This document shows positions 63,686 to 64,000 of a DNA stretch of 64,000 bases, one piece after another (the first letter of the stretch is position 1; the number at the start of each line of letters is the position of its first letter). Source of the DNA: Octopus bimaculoides (lineage: Eukaryota); the NCBI RefSeq assembly GCF_001194135.2, contig NC_068983.1:107292311-107356310 (forward strand), in the 5' to 3' direction. The notes beneath the pieces are model-generated. The model saw only the letters and a program-made list of their open reading frames with translations. It was not told where the DNA came from and searched no databases. The translations under genes and the position numbers were made by a program.

Positions 63686-63846
63686 TCACCATGCAATGAC
63701 TAAAGAAAATAGTCTAATAATGGGGCATATAAGCCCTTGGCAGAAAAATGTAGGTTTTACTGTAGGCATACAGGAAAACCTACGTTTTTTAATCTAGGTC
63801 TAATATACCCATTATTAGACTTTTTTCTTTAGTCATAGCACGGTGA
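63686..63846. repeat. about 160-bp imperfect hairpin (small MITE or structured RNA)
   Basis: ATGACTAAAGAAAATAGTCTAATAATGGG pairs with CCCATTATTAGACTTTTTTCTTTAGTCAT; inner GTAGGTTTT.CTGTA-GGCA-TACAG.AAAACCTAC. Confidence 0.8.
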
Positions 63847-64000
63847 TTAATCATAAGCTTTAAGCTTATAAAATACTACTATTATTATTATTTACAGAAT
63901 TATAAAAATTGATGCTCCTTATAAAAAGCCATTGCATGTATATGTGTGTGTGCGTGTGTACGTGCACACATGCATATATATAAATATATATATATATATA

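Overview
Strongly AT-rich, repeat-saturated eukaryotic DNA with many N gaps at microsatellite edges. The SINE families and the dense (TA)n/(CA)n/(TAGA)n/(TATG)n arrays look like an octopus (coleoid cephalopod) draft assembly; this is inference from recalled repeat sequences, not a database search. I found no long intact gene, rRNA, true tRNA gene, CRISPR array or prokaryotic system. What the sequence supports is layered transposon debris: about 30 copies of four SINE families, an internally deleted mariner with intact TIRs, an older mariner relic, a Penelope-like GIY-YIG fragment, R4/Dong, RTE, CR1 and L1/Tx1-like LINE relics, hAT and piggyBac-type MITEs, and a possible piggyBac transposase relic. 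A few short candidate exons occur on both strands, but I could not assign them to a known protein. The most notable structures are three SINEs stacked on a repeated TAGGGAA-type target motif, hammerhead-like folds beside the Penelope fragment, several foldback or palindromic elements, and an unexplained stretch at about 21.2 kb that is open on both strands. SINE and LINE-relic boundaries are approximate.
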